DNA of 64,000 bases, taken from NCBI GenBank assembly GCA_002633005.1, contig NMRA01000489.1, positions 260,727-324,726 of the forward strand. The letters are read 5' to 3'. Each line of letters opens with the position of its first letter. Position 1 is the stretch's first letter. This stretch comes from Phoronis australis. Its lineage: Eukaryota > Animalia > Phoronida. This document shows, piece after piece, positions 1-14,331 of the stretch. The position numbers and the translations under genes are program-made. The notes beneath the pieces were generated by a model that saw only the letters and a list, made by a program, of their open reading frames with translations, searched no databases and was not told where the DNA came from.

Positions 1-732
1 GTTGGTGGAGCTAGAGACGGTGGCTGCAGCCAACTGGTCCTATCTTGCTACTCATTCGAATGTAAGAGCTTAATGACTTGATCTTGATTGCTCATTGCTA
101 TACCCTCGTTTTTAAAATATTGAGAGCAAGCTCTTCATGACAGAGGCGAGCTTATCTCCTAATCTATGAGGAATATTTATGAGAATTTTTGATTTTTGTC
201 AGACGTTGGATTTGTTCTGAAATGTTTAGAAAGTTTAAAAATTATGTGTTAGTCTTCACCATATGTTTCGTGTGCATTTTAAAATGTTGATAATTAGGAA
301 TCATGGTATGTCACCTCACAAAAACGTTGGATCATTTTGCTATACTATTGAAAAACAGCCATGGAACCTACAAGGGGTTGGCGAGTGTGTAACGCCCTCA
401 ATAATAGATGATTTGCATGCAGGAAAGAAAAGTACTATGTGATGTTTTAGTTTGAGACAGATAGTAAAAATGAAACATTGGTAATTTCTGTCCCAAGAAG
501 CATTTGCCGTCAACATTTTTTGCAAGAACCTGTCTGGCTTAGTAGCAGTTGATCACAACACCTATAAACCCTGTTTGTACCAAAAACGACTTTTTACGTG
601 TATTTGCTCATATTAAGTAACTTCATGGTTCTCTTATCCTTTGCTCAACATGAAATTGGCTGCAAGCTTAAAGTAATTTTCATGGTAGTCATATTGCTTC
701 AACGGCTAAAATTAACTCATCGTAACAATCAA

Positions 733-929
733 ACTTTGTGTCTGCAGTTATACTCTACTTTCCTCTCAAGCTTAGGAATTACTTTGTGTCTGCAGTTATA
801 CTCTACTTTCCTCTCAAGCTTAGGAATTACTTTGTGTCTGCAGTTATACTCTACTTTCCTCTCAAGCTTAGGAATTACTTTGTGTCTGCAGTTATACTCT
901 ACTTTCCTCTCAAGCTTAGGAATTACTTT
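733..929. repeat. 48-bp minisatellite, about 4 identical copies
   Basis: Unit actttgtgtctgcagttatactctactttcctctcaagcttaggaatt at 733, 781, 829 and 877. Confidence 0.97.
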
Positions 930-1993
930 TAAATCTGAGTAAAGAACAAGATGAGACCAATTTTACATCGTTAAGAACTTTGCCTCAATGAAAAGTTGAT
1001 TTTTTGACAGAAGATGGAGGTTATTTGCACTTTAACATGTCTACTGTGTAGCAATATAATGGGACCCACTTTGCAACACCAAGGTAGCATTCCACGTTTC
1101 TTGTGATTGGTCATCGAAGCTGGAAGGTTGAATTATAAATAGGATTGAAGATTCACTGTTTTTGTTCCAAAAACAAACAGATTTTTTCCGCGAGTGCAAA
1201 CTCATGTCTTGAGTCTCAGGAACCCTACTGTGTTTGTTGACAATTTGACTTCCAGGGAACAATAATTCGCTTTGCTGATCAAATCAGTCACTGAATGCAA
1301 ACAACTGAGATTCCCAGGCTGTCTCTTTTCTGTTATCTGATCGCTGTTCTTGCATGCTGTTCAAGTATGGTTACCGGGCTGTGTTCTGTAGGTACAAGAG
1401 CCTAGCAAAAAGCAAGGTCATTAAAGACAATGCAAAATTCTGTGAGTGTAAATTGGTTGTTTCACAAGCCTGTATGGGAGCTAAATGGCCTACCTTAGCA
1501 AAACGATGACCATTGATATGACAACTCAAGCTAAGGTGATTCCGTCCCAAACAAAATCCATTTTCTTTCTGAATGGTGATTAAATATAAACTTATGCCAT
1601 GGCTTGTGTGCACTGACAATTTAGCTCATCTCTTACACTCAAATGTCCCGGAATAGATGCTTTTTGGGCTTGGAGGGTGTAACTCAATTACCCATGATGG
1701 CTTAGAATCTTATGGATTGTTGTAAACCATTGATGTCAGTTCGCACACAATGGGCAAGGTCATTGGAAGCATTTCTTTGTGAACCCTCTCAGCCATACAA
1801 TTGCCCCAGTTGACCTTCCTAAGTAAACACAGGGTTTATATTCTTGACTGAGAAGATAATTGTTTTATTGCCCCATATGGGTTTTTAATAGCCAAGTCCA
1901 GAATGATGTACACATTGCTAGCAAGGTTTTTCAAGTTTAATAAGGTAGGCCCAAGATGCTTGGTAATATTGACAAGCTTGAATAGCACTGTCC

Positions 1994-2151
1994 CAGGGGC
2001 AGATCCAGGATTTTGAGTTGGGAGAGGCCAGGGCAGAGTATTAGCCATGATTTTGCCCTCAGACATTCACACCCCCGAACTGCCAAATGTAATCTGGTAG
2101 CATTTTAGGGGGAGCCATGGCCCCCTTGTCCCCCCTTTAAATCCGCCACTG
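1994..2151. mobile_element. Small hAT-like MITE
   Basis: Ends caggggcagat... and ...atccgccactg, flanked by the 5-bp duplication tgtcc. Confidence 0.65.
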
Positions 2152-4667
2152 TGTCCAGGCCTAAATAAGGTTGCACATTTCACCGTTTGATTACTTTGAT
2201 TACGGTAGCATGTCAGTAAGGATTATTCAAGCTTGATGAATTGAGTGTCACATCGTTTACCCCTGGGTGCAAACAATGAGGCTGGAGACGTAGCATGTAG
2301 AAACCATTCCCTCCATCCCATGTTGTATGTAATTCTTGTGTTGTGCCTAGAGATTTGAGGTGAGATCAGAATTAGTTTGTGATTAATCCAAGTGGATTAA
2401 TGTTGACCATCCTATGAGGGCCTAATTCATTTACTTATGACTGTATATTCCCACAAAACGCTGCTGGTATATAATTGATCTTTCTATCCCGTTGTTGAGC
2501 TGTAGATGGCATCGTCCATTGTGTGCGCGTTAATTTGATTTCGTCTTTAAGTATGTTGACTTTGGGAATATTGGATATATTTGCTGCCACGAAATGTGAT
2601 TTTATGATAGAAATGTCTCTGGGTAAGCTAGTCAGGAAATTTGTTGCTTTGATCTGAAATTTGCGTAAAGATATAATAGTCAGTGAAACATGGTGATACG
2701 GACTGAAATAGTTATGATCATTTTTCTGTCTTATACATAATTATGAAGGGAATCTTACAGAGACCAAAATAACATCTAGTCTGAATCTGATGGTCTTTTT
2801 TGTCTGCAAGACCTATGTAACATCAACTGCTATTTCAGTAGAACATTACGTAGTAGTGTGTGCCATGCATGAAATACTTGGAATTAGAAATTTGATTACA
2901 AGGAACTTGTCATGGGCATACCAGATGTAGGAAACAGTTGTTGGGAGGGGGGGAGGGTGCAAAGTGAGGCTGCATGGTTGATTTCTCATTTGGTTGGCAA
3001 TACTGGATGGAAAATGGGTAAGGGTTCTCCATGACACAATTTTGGAGGATACAGTGTATTTTAGACATTGGCTAACTGTACAAAGTACCTAAGTATCCAT
3101 TTACAAATGATCAGTAAATGGCCATGCAAGAAAACCAAGGCATGTTCTTAGTATGTTGTTGCCGGTTTGAACTATTCACTGTAACTTTCTCCTAGCTAAT
3201 TGTAGACCCATGTGAAAACTCAGGACTTAATTGGGTGGAAGGAGTTATCATAGAAACCGATTATATTTTGTTATTACCTTCATCCTTGGTTTCCTGTTGT
3301 AATGAGAAACTTGTACTTTTACATGTTGGTATGCTTTTAACTGAGTGCTCAAGAATACTCAGACGTGATGGCATTGGACTAATCTTTGGTTGTTTTGTGC
3401 AAAGCTAATTGCCAAAATCATTATTTTTCAATTTTGAAAGGCTTATTATGTTGCTGTAAGTAACTTATTAAACAAAAGATCGTTTTATGTGATCTACACG
3501 GTACAAGCAAGCGAAGAGCAAGTGACTAAAATTTTCCTAATCTTTATTTTTGTTGCTTGTGCGCCATATTGAGTGCTAATTATAGGTGATTGGTTTAGAT
3601 TATTATTGATGTTTTAAGTCAATCACTTTCAAGTTAGGCAAAGAATGATCAACAACAGGACATTGCCATTTTATTATGCCTTTTGTGTTGCTTATATTAA
3701 TAAAGCCAACACCTGCCTTACAGGTTATGTGAACAGTATTATTATCTATAGAAAGAATGCATATGTCACCATTGTAGTTTAATGATTGCTGGCTAATAGA
3801 AATTTATGGTGAAATTTACTCAGTTTTTCTTTAGAAACCATTTCATAGAATGTCATTGAAACAAAATATGCTTTTGAAACTTGAGACCTCCTGTACCAGT
3901 CCATTACAGAAGTATCATTTTGATGTTATTTTCAAAAACATTTTTGTCAATTTTTTCTGTTAATTGCATTGGGGGACTTGCCTGTCCTTCCCCACTAAAT
4001 ACTACACCTATGTTTCTGACTTCACATTTATGACTGATGACTGATGCTTCCAGTCATCAGTCATCGAGTGTTAGTGATCTAAAACCTTTAATTACTTGAG
4101 AACTGTTCCCCTTACTTGTAATCTCATGGCATGCTGTTAAAAAAGCGGTCCCTTAATATTCCTTACTGTGATATGATTCTGTTTCCATTCTTAACAAGAA
4201 CATCAGAACCATCAGTAACTCAGACAACGCTTGAGTTTATCAAGCTTGCGTGGCCATTCATGAAATTACGAATTTGAATATGGTGCAGTTGCAGGCATCG
4301 CCTGTTACTAGGAGTTGCTTGTTCATTAGGCAATCAAGATTGGATAAGCAGAGTTATGGTTTTAAACCCAAAGCATCTCGATTAAGAATTCCACATTGAT
4401 GGGTGAACAGTGGTAATGTGCTCCTTAATTTTTTGGATGTGAGTACCGACATTGAATTCATTATTTTTGTTGCCAGCAGTTTCACAGTTTGACCTAATTG
4501 TAATATAGAATTTTCTTGAATTTACTTAGTTAGAATAAATCCTCAAAACACTTTATTTTTGTGTCAAAAGCATTCTTCTTCAATATCATACTGATATTCA
4601 GCCTGTTCTGTTAAAGAAATGACTTCATTTGCATTTGTCAAATATACAAATCAGTGATTGAATTTAC

Positions 4668-5189
4668 AGGCCCCTTCATACTAACGTCGGCATGTTGATG
4701 TTTTGGGGAGTTGCAGTCAGTATGAACGGTTCACTTTGGTCCTGGATTGAAGTTAACAGTGTCAGTTAACTTTGCAGTAAATAGGTGTTTTTAACAGTGG
4801 AGCGTCGATGCTGTGGAGCAATATAACAGTCAAGTTCGGTTTTATTGAAGTTATCGCCAGCGGGCCACCGTTATCGTTAAGAATTGAAGGGCACTGTGTC
4901 GTCGCTTATAGTTGCTTGTATTTTGCTCCAGTAATCACCAATCAAATTAGAAATAGGTTTTATGTAAAATGTCACATGTAAGTGTTCTCATGTCACATTA
5001 AAAAATCTTAGGGTGCATGGGATGCATCAGCGCTACCTTGTGATTTTTTTCAATGATGGCAGCATTTCCTTCCGTTTACTTGGATGCCGTTAACCGTACC
5101 GAAGCTGGTATGAATGATTCAATTAAATTCATTCGTAGTTTACATCGACGCTTCACTCCTACCGGATTTAAGTTAGTATGAAAGGGCCT
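4668..5189 (+). mobile_element. PIF/Harbinger-like MITE, copy A
   Basis: 18-bp TIR aggccccttcatactaac / gttagtatgaaagggcct (17/18). 3-bp duplication tac. Confidence 0.8.
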
Positions 5190-5578
5190 TACCAGACATT
5201 TTCTTAATATGTTAATTGCTGATGACCAGGGGTTAAGGGTAGTATTAATACAAGTATTCAGATTTTTGACTTTTGCAATTTTAATCTTTGTATTTTCATT
5301 TACATTTTTTGTGAAAATTATTGAAATTGTTTATGAATAATGTACATTTTGTGTCTGAAAATATTACCCTATGTCACTGCACAGTCCATCACTTGAAAAG
5401 TAATTAACTTAAAGAATACAAGATATCAGCACAGACTGATCTGAATTATCACACTGCAACACAAACCCCTTTTGTCAGAACAAACAATAGATCAGGCAGT
5501 TGTATTGGTTTTGGCTGGGGGATATGCTTATATTTTAAGAAAAAAACTCGAAATGCTGCTGAGTACAAGCAGATATTA

Positions 5579-6101
5579 AGGTCGCTTTCCCATGAGGAGA
5601 ACTTCGGATTAACAAAGCTTCGTTGAAACTTCGTTTACTTTTCCCACTTAACAGCGATATCGAAGTTATTGCAATGACAACAGACGATGCAGTTCATTCG
5701 TACTCTTAAACAAATATTGAGTAGTGGGTTCGAGGGTAACTGTATGCCATTTACAAGTATTTTTTAAAAATGATCAGTGTCATTCTTCTTCAGATATGCT
5801 TTCTTTTATTTATTTACGCCATTTATTGAGAGCACGTCGGCAAGCTACAATAAAAAAGAAACCTTTTGCAAGCCTGCGCGATCGTATATTCTTGACGTAA
5901 CCTCTACCGATAACTGTGAAGAAGCTTTCCTTTTAGTGTTTCTACTACATCGAAGCTTCGGTGAGTACCGAAGCTTAGCTTTTCAATCCTATTTTAAGCG
6001 AAGTTTCACATCCAAATTAAGTACCAGTCTGAGAGTTAACCTTTCCAGCTTACCGAAACTCTGGTAAAAGGGAAGTTTCGCTTATAACATGAAAGCGAAT
6101 T
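5579..6101. mobile_element. Harbinger-like MITE (different family)
   Basis: Imperfect TIRs aggtcgctttcccatg / catgaaagcgaatt in a tta/taa context. Repeated (g)aagcttcg motifs inside. Confidence 0.5.
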
Positions 6102-6294
6102 AAGCAAGTTATTTTGTAGCATGTTCAAGTTGTCTGTGCAATACTATGTAAGTTAAACCGTAGCTTTAAATGGACAGATCTTAGTTAAAGATGACCATAT
6201 TGTACTGTTTAGTGACTTTAAATATGCTATTCTTAATTAAAAATTGGATGGTGGTGGCTGTACTCTCGAGTTTATTTCTCTGCCATGTACTGTT

Positions 6295-6842
6295 TAATTA
6301 AATGCACCTGCATATTGTTATATGTGGGTGGGTGCATAATTTTTCAGTCTGTTTTTAGTGTGCGCTTCTCTATCTGCCAGTGCGCCTGAAGGATCATAAT
6401 ATTATGAAAATTTGCAAATTTGTTTTCCTGCTGAAAAGACCACGGCTGGTTTTCAAACGGGTCTGACTGTGGCACCTCCTTAGTGGAAATTTTGTTTTTT
6501 TGTCTATACACTGTATCTCCCTAACCCTTTGCAGAACACTGTCTTGTACTTTGACAGGTGTATTTTAGTGACAGCATATGACGACTTTTCAGTGGGATCC
6601 AACTACTGCTCTGTCTCCTCAGGTGTTTCAATTTTTTAATCTTTGGAGTTCCTTGACAAATTTTCATCAATTCAAATTAAGCACATAGTATGTTACTATT
6701 AGAGAGACGGTGATGCCTTCCCATGTCTAGAGAGGTTTGATGTATTCTGTGCCACCTAGAGGCCATTGATATACTAATCACACCCCAAAAACATTCTGTT
6801 TGTGGTGCAGTCCTGTGCACATTTCCTTGGAATTGGTCTTGT
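6295..6842 (+). mobile_element. DINE-1-like family 1, diverged copy
   Basis: Shares gccacctagaggcc and the 3' end gtttgtggtgcagtcctgtgcacatttc...tcttgt with 10677-11569. Confidence 0.6.
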
Positions 6843-9800
6843 CACTAAAATCACCCGATCTGAAGTCTAATACAAATTAACTTCAAATTCCTAGCAAGGT
6901 TTTTATTAAGTTAATATTTTTAAGCTAAAATCTCAAAAACAAAGTACAGTAACAGTAAGCTATATTGGCTTCATACTTGTAATTATTTTTCATTAATGAC
7001 TTGAACGTTTTTTAGAGTAGTGAAATTTCTTTTGGAAAAAAGTATTAAGAAAAATGTATCTTGGAATTAATTTTTTTTGAATAGTGATTCACAATCATTT
7101 TTTTACTTTATTTCGAGTTTTGGAAATTTTAATCATTTTAAAGAGGAGCACAGTTAATTCTTTAGCCAATCGTGGAGTGAGTTATGGCAAAAATTCCTGT
7201 CACTTGCTATAAGTACCACTGGCGGATTCAGAATGTCACAAGCATTAGGCAAATCTTATGCTACCGTAACAAGATTTGCATGCAAGTAGATGAGAAAGCT
7301 GTGCACTGTTTAGCCCAGGGTATTCAGCAAAGTCCTCAACATATCAAATGCTTGATGGCACTGTCACGGATTGAAGTGAGCTAGTTGCTATTCATGGGCC
7401 TGGCTAAACGTGCTGGATCAGATAATTGTGGTCGTAAACCAACATGCCTGTTTAACTTACGAGTTTCAACATCAAAAAACGAATAATAAGTAACGCAAAC
7501 AACTAACATGACTGTTTTTAAAATTTAAAAGTAAATAGTAGCCATCTTTAAATTTATAAAATTGGTGCATTATAACAGAAATTAGCAAATAGGTTTTCCT
7601 CAGCATCATGGCTAAGCAACGAGCATTAGTTTGAGAATTGATTATGATGGGCTAGTCCCAGTCTGGCTTAGGCTCGCTTAAGCATTGGGGTAACAAAATT
7701 CCAGTTGTTAGCGTACTAAAAACTGTGATGCTAGCCTTAAAAGGGTGAATGGTTAGAATTTTTCTTGTTCAGGGAATGGTGACTTGAAGGAAATGAGTAA
7801 ACCTGTCCCTGTTCAATAACATTGTAGGTCCTCCATTGCTTTTAATTGAATGGCTAAGTGGTTGGTCTATTCTCAGTTTGTCTTTGAGAAGTTATCTTAA
7901 ACTTTACTTTATGTAAATATCAGACCCCATCCCCGGGATCTCCCCTTTGCCAAACTACTGAGCCAGGCATTCCTGTGTAATCCACTGTTTACCCCCTATC
8001 CGCTGGCAGCTGTTAGTTGGTGTATAGTTCAATTAGAATTCTCTCCCTTGGGATCTGCCATTCGCATTGCTGCATGTCTTAGTAGACACCACCAACTTGT
8101 TCCTGATAATGTTTTGTAAGCTAATCAATATATAGATCTGCTTAGCTGTAGTCATTGATCTGATAATAGCAAGCTACTTAAAATAGAACGATCTCAAAGG
8201 GACTGTTAAAGTTTCTTTTTTCTTAATATGTTCAAAGGACTGATATAAATCATTAATTTGCTTTTTGTCAGTCTGGTACGACTATTGCTCTCTAACTTTA
8301 CTATGAATCAGGATCTTAAAGCTGTATTTCATCCTGGCTAAAGGCGAAAATTGAATAAGGCCTTTTGCGCTCGTTAAATTGGGTCATATTCTCTTAGGTG
8401 ATAGCATTTCATTTACGTTACCAATATAAACATGGAAACTACCGTGACCCAAGAAAACTGTTTGGACTTTATTGGGGTTGGCCAACCACAAAATTTTAAA
8501 TTTGAAAATGGTGCACTACTTGATTTGGAAACGAAGTGGAATCCTATCATGCTGTGGAATGAGAGTAAAAGGCTTACATAATTCGATTTTTCTTTCATTC
8601 AGCTGAAGAAGACAAAATGTAACTTAATTGTTACATGATGCTAGATGGCATGAAATCCTGTAGCTGTATTGTTGTAGCATATAACTTTTATGAAATAGGG
8701 CACTTAGCTATGGGTGAAGCATTCATTTTTACTTTTTGAAAAAATGTACTGTCGTATGTCTCTTTATTTAAGACTGCCAGTTAAAATAATTATAGGAAAA
8801 CAAGCCCGGTTGGCCTCATTTCACGTTCTTATTGGCAAGGAAACCATCTTTTGTAAATATTCTGCCACTAGGTGCTGTGCCACTGATCACTAATTAAAAC
8901 TGAAAAAGACATTAAGTGTCAGAATGACTTGCTTTCTGCTGGGAATTGTATTTATGTTACTAGTAATTGGATAAAGGCAATGGGCATTCAGAATTGAGAC
9001 ATAATCCAGCACTGTTCCAACCTTATTCCTTTAGCAATGTACTACATACATACAGTAAAAGTACAACAACTAGACAAAATACTATTTTACTGTCAAGTTG
9101 GTTCATTCCAGCTACTCTTTGATGGTGAATTCCACTTGCACTCAGGAAATTCCACGCCATTTTGTCTGATTATTTTTGGTTTGTACTATGTGAGGGCTTC
9201 ATAAGGTCTTGGATCTCTCTCTGCTCTGTAGCCAACATAGAACGGATTAGTGTGAAATTTGTTATCATGAGAACCTGGGAGGCTACTTGACTAATCTTGA
9301 TGGAGTCCTTCTGCATCTAAAAGATGGAGAACCCCACCTTTGCAAAACATGAAGGAAGGCATCTTTTGTAGACTGAGGTTTTATTCCAGTGACGTCACTC
9401 TTTTGTTTCATTTGCTCTCAAAGTTTTCACTTTGTAGGGAATTGATCCTTTTGTTGAGATTCTGGCAGTGAAAAACCTATACCGGTATGAGCGATTGTGA
9501 TGGACATCTGCAATCTGCAACACATAGAATCAATTAAAAAGACATAAGATTATCATTCTTACGGCCAAAAAATGTGTTTTTGGAATTATTGTTGGATGAG
9601 ATAAGCTTTTTGAAGTTATAAGGTTTGACCAGAGATATAAAATAACAAAATGTGTTTTTGTGCTTCTAGAAATCCTCTATCTCGTGGTTGTCTACCTGAC
9701 ATTTGCTGAAATCAAATTCACCAGTTAAATGCGCCTGATGTACTCTTTATCATGTGAGATTTAGCTCAGCCAGAAGGGCATTTGTCTAAGGTTCCTGATT

Positions 9801-10676
9801 TGAATACACAACGGAGCTTTTCTCAGGAAATCACTTTTCTTGTTGATAATCTCAGTGTAAAAAGAATTCTCAATTATGGATAGCCAGGGTTTCATCCACA
9901 CGCCAACAACACCTCAAGTCACACATGGCCATACATTTTCACAACATGAAGTTTTTCAAATACTCAAGTTATTTTCCAAAATTTAAGTTTTTGAGACACT
10001 TATGTTTGTTAAAAACCATTTCTCCAAATACTTAAGTTTTTCACACTTATTTTTTTCAGTGAAAAGGGATGCTCAACACCCATCAAGTCTTTGGCCTTAG
10101 TGTTATTACTGGGCTGGACTGTGATGGTCATTTCACGTCCCAGTCCCTGGGGCATCACTTAGTAGTTAATTAGGCATTAACCTAAAATCAATTACCAATG
10201 TCTGCTGTTTTCTTCTCATGGTTGTACAACTTATATGGTGTGTTACACTGACTCACGTATGCTAAATTGGCCATAAGCAAAGTTCACACCACTATGTTCT
10301 TGAGGCTACCATCTAGTCAATTCAATAGTTCAGCAAGACACCTGTGCTTCACACACCTAATTAGTAATTAAAGTGCCTTTATAAATTGTCTCACTGACTT
10401 CCAAAACATGTTTCTGAATAGCATGTTTATAAATATATAATATACAATATATAATATACAATATGCTAACCTGTTTTGTGCTTTTAGATTTGTATGGGTG
10501 ATACAATGCTTCCTGCACAAAAATGAATGCCTAAATTGGCCTTTTATATATTTCCGTATGAAAGTATTTATTTGCTCTATTTACCTTTTTGTGAAAAAAG
10601 TGAAAAAACAAAATTTCACTTACCATAACTCTCCACTTATTTTCAACAATATATAATTGCCAAAATTATCATTCCA

Positions 10677-11569
10677 TTTTTATGCGCCCACATATTCATA
10701 AGTTTTTTTCATGGATAGGAGCGAACTTTCAGACTGATTCAACTACCCTTGCCTCCAAGTGGCAATTTTAGTTTTTTTACGTTTACCTCTGTATCTTCAA
10801 AGGTCCTCAATGGATTTTTATAACATTTGGCATATAGGCATCTATTAGTAAGCTGATGCTATCCTTCTGTTTTTAAGTTCGATTCAAGGTATTTTGTGCC
10901 ATCTAATGGCCAATTTTACTGTTTATTTGGTGTCTGTCCCTCTGTCTACCAAACCACGCTAAGGATGATTTTGGAAATTGGCATTTATGTTCCTAATGTG
11001 AAGAGGACGGCTGACGATGATTTTCCGACGACCTCGACAACTGTAGCACCTCCTAGTGTCAGTTTTGTCTGCCCCTGTACCAACCAAACCGTTCTAAGGA
11101 TGATTTTGAAAATTGGCGTATTATGTTCTCAGTGTGAAGAGGATGGTGATGATGACAACTTCGACGACAGTGGCACATCCTAGTGGCATTTTTTTCTTTT
11201 GTTTTGTGCGCATAGCTGTATCTCCCAAACTCACTGCAGAATCTTTATTAAATTTAGTAACTGTATTTATTTGAAGTTAACAACAGACGCCGATGACTTT
11301 CAGATGAATGTGACGGAACACTGTGTCCCCTAGTGGCAATTTCATTTTTTTTTCGTTTTCCTTTGTTTCTCTGAAGTTCCTCAACAGATTTTTCTGAAAT
11401 TTGTTAGATAGCTCTCAATAAAAGAAACAATGGCATGTTACCGATTTCGGGTGGATTTGATGTATTTTGTGCCATCTAGTGGCCATTTTATGATTCAAAT
11501 CAACAATCCTAGAAGCACAGTTTGTGGTGCATTCGTGGGCACATTTCAACGCTCTGCGTTGCTCTTGTT
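10677..11569 (+). mobile_element. Helentron-associated / DINE-1-like non-autonomous element, family 1
   Basis: T-run start, subterminal inverted repeat atgcgcccac / gtgggcacat, 3' hairpin caacgc-tct-gcgttg, and end ctcttgtt. Internal degenerate tandem units carry cc(tc)tagtggc. Confidence 0.75.
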
Positions 11570-12020
11570 CAAAGGCCAGTTAGTTTGCTACAAGTAATGA
11601 AAACTTTTTACCAAATGATGTTGTTTTATGTCATCTAAACAGTACAAATGGGACAAGTAATGGATTAATTTTTTATCTTTATCTTTTTGGAGAAATTCAA
11701 CAAAATACAATTTTACTTGTTGGCCATATATTGTGTTCTAAATAAGTGAAGAATTGCCATGTATCTATCACAGACCTTAACATGTTTTACTGGATGATCA
11801 TTCACTGTCTGTGGACAACATGTTCAACCAAGGAACCACTAATATGTAGATTTATTGGATCAGTGGAACTCATACACCTTAAAGGATCCCAATTGTTCAA
11901 ATTCAATGGATGGTTGATCAAATGAGAGGATTAGTGTTCACTAGGTAGGTTGCCTCAGGGCAGAGTTCATCAGCTGTCTCACACTAGAAAAATCTAACCA
12001 AAATCATGAGTTCTCTTTAA

Positions 12021-12505
12021 AGGCCTTTTCATACTGATTTAACTCTGGTCTAAGCAGAGTGTTGATGTTAATGGAGAAGTTAACTGAACCGTTCATACTG
12101 GCTTCAGTAGTTAACGAACATTGACGTAAACGGTAGGTGATGCTGTCGTTATCAAAGTGATTGCAAGGTAGTGCTGCACGCAAAGATTTTTTTAATGTGA
12201 CAATTTGGGAACATTTACATGTGCTAATTGACATAAAACTTATTTTTAATTCCATTGGTGATTATTCGAGCAAAATATAAACAACTATTTGCAACTACAC
12301 TACCGACTACACTGACGATAACAGTGGCACCTGGCGATAACTTTGATGGGACAAAAGTTGACCGTTCATACTGCACTGTAGCATTGACGCTGCGCTGTTA
12401 TTGTTAACTAGAGTTGTTAACTTCAATCCAGGACCGAAGTTAAGTGCTCATATTAACCTCAAATCCCCAAACCATCGACGCGTCGACGTTAGTATGAAAG
12501 GCCCA
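12021..12505 (-). mobile_element. PIF/Harbinger-like MITE, copy B (inverted relative to A)
   Basis: TIRs aggccttttcatact / agtatgaaaggccc. Internal gttaacttcaatccaggacc is the reverse complement of copy A. Confidence 0.78.
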
Positions 12506-13030
12506 AAAAATACAAGTACGAAATCTCGCAGTCTTGCCTTTGTTGCGTAGTGCTAGCTTTATTGAACTCTGCCCTGATGTTGGTCATGCATCTTTCACCT
12601 ACTAGATGTTTAGTTGAGTTAATGAACTGTTGAACCATGCGGGTTCTTACATAATTTTTTGTTGGCAAATACCTCTCCCTCAGTATTTAATTTGCTCTAA
12701 ATTGATCAGATTTCTTGATATGTTGTCTAGGCTTTTGAATTCTGATCCATTGTATAGCATTTGCCTTGTGGCATTTATCTAGTTTAGACTCTACAGATCA
12801 CGCCCATTCGATACAATTTGTCATTTTCCGTGTGACTTTATTATTTACGTATAGAAGTTAAACTTGAGGCTTGTATGTTTGCCGCCAAATGGGACCTTCA
12901 TCTTTTCTAACGAAATTTTAATGAACTGGAACTGTTTTTCAACAGCCTAAAACCATACAGGTGTATGAATTAATGAAGATCAGATTTATCAGTTTCCTTC
13001 ACTGTGACCATTCACCACTAATTTCGCTAC

Positions 13031-13291
13031 ATGCTGTATTCAAAAGTTCAATTGCCAAATTTTGAAGATTTTTAGACATACTAAAACTCGTTGACATTTT
13101 TTAAAACTTAGAGGAAATTCATTTCCACTAGGCAACACACTTTTTAACCAATGGTATCATGATGTTGTATTCAAAAGTTCAATTGCCAAATTTTGAAGAT
13201 TTTTAGACATACTAAAACTCGTTGACATTTTTTAAAACTTAAAGGAAATTCATTTCCACCAGGCAACACACTTTTTAACCAATGGTATCAT
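13031..13291. repeat. 131-bp tandem duplication, 2 near-identical copies
   Basis: atg(c/t)tgtattcaaaagttcaattgcc...aatggtatcat at 13031 and 13162. Confidence 0.95.
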
Positions 13292-14183
13292 TCTTACCTT
13301 GAAACCCAGAACGATTGAACATTTTGGAAGCATCCTGCTTTCACTGCACTAAAACTCAGAACGAAGTTTGTACTTGTCAGCAAAAGTAAATGCTGCACTT
13401 CAACATCAAATACAGGCATTATGAAAATTTTCTGACATGTAAGCTCTGTTTGTTAATAGAGATCATGTGCTGCGTGACTGTCATCGTAAATAATCAGTGA
13501 GCGACAAAGAGAACTATAGTTATTAGTTCAAAGTGTACGTAGACAATTTGAGATGCATTTTTAATGCAGCGAATGGGAGATGGGATGGAGACGATTGTCA
13601 AGATATTTGTGACTATCCACGCAGCCTTGGAGTTTCATGGGATTGCCTAAATGTTTCCATTGGCCCAAAATATGGTTAACCCGTGAAATTTGGCTCATGT
13701 AAATGCACATGATAATCACACGGAAATGAACAAACTTCATGTCGAATGAGCCTGCTACAGATAGCTTTCAGCTTGAAAGTTTGCTCTCATATTATTCAGG
13801 TGAAGGTCCTTCTCCCTGTCAAAGGTATGAGCCATTCTGAAAATGATAAGAAACATACAGCTCTTTAGTTTTTTGAAAGCATCTTTCACTGTAGTGACCA
13901 AATTTCTAATTATGTCATGCAGGATAGGCCATGTAGCGATAGGAATGAAGCATTTTTGTTTTTCAGTTGTGGCCACTTTGATCTGTTTGTCGTTTTCGTG
14001 TGAATGTTTGAATATCCCTCTGCACTTAACAGTGCCAATTTGACACCATAAATGGTTGAAGTAACTCATAAAACATTGGAAAATATCATACTGCATTATA
14101 TTCATTCAAGAATTCCCCTGTCCATCACATACCTTAATTGGTAAGTGGTATTTCATGTCGCTGCTTTTCCAGAAAATGAAATG

Positions 14184-14331
14184 CAGAAAAATTGATTCAA
14201 ATACTGGAATTTGCTTACTTGAGTTAGCGACGCTGGATCTCTCTTTCACGGACTTCAGCTTGGCCGTGAGAGACGGACGCAACATCGCTAACTCAAGTAA
14301 GTAAATTCCAGTATTTGATTCAATTTTTCTG
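14184..14331. repeat. 148-bp palindrome / long hairpin
   Basis: 47-bp arms cagaaaaattg...gagttagcga / tcgctaactc...caatttttctg with 2 mismatches. Further inner pairing cacgg/ccgtg. Confidence 0.92.

Noticed and set aside
598-942. 114-aa and 64-aa repetitive ORFs; possible CRISPR-like array
   Set aside because: Both come from the 48-bp minisatellite. Units are contiguous with no unique spacers.
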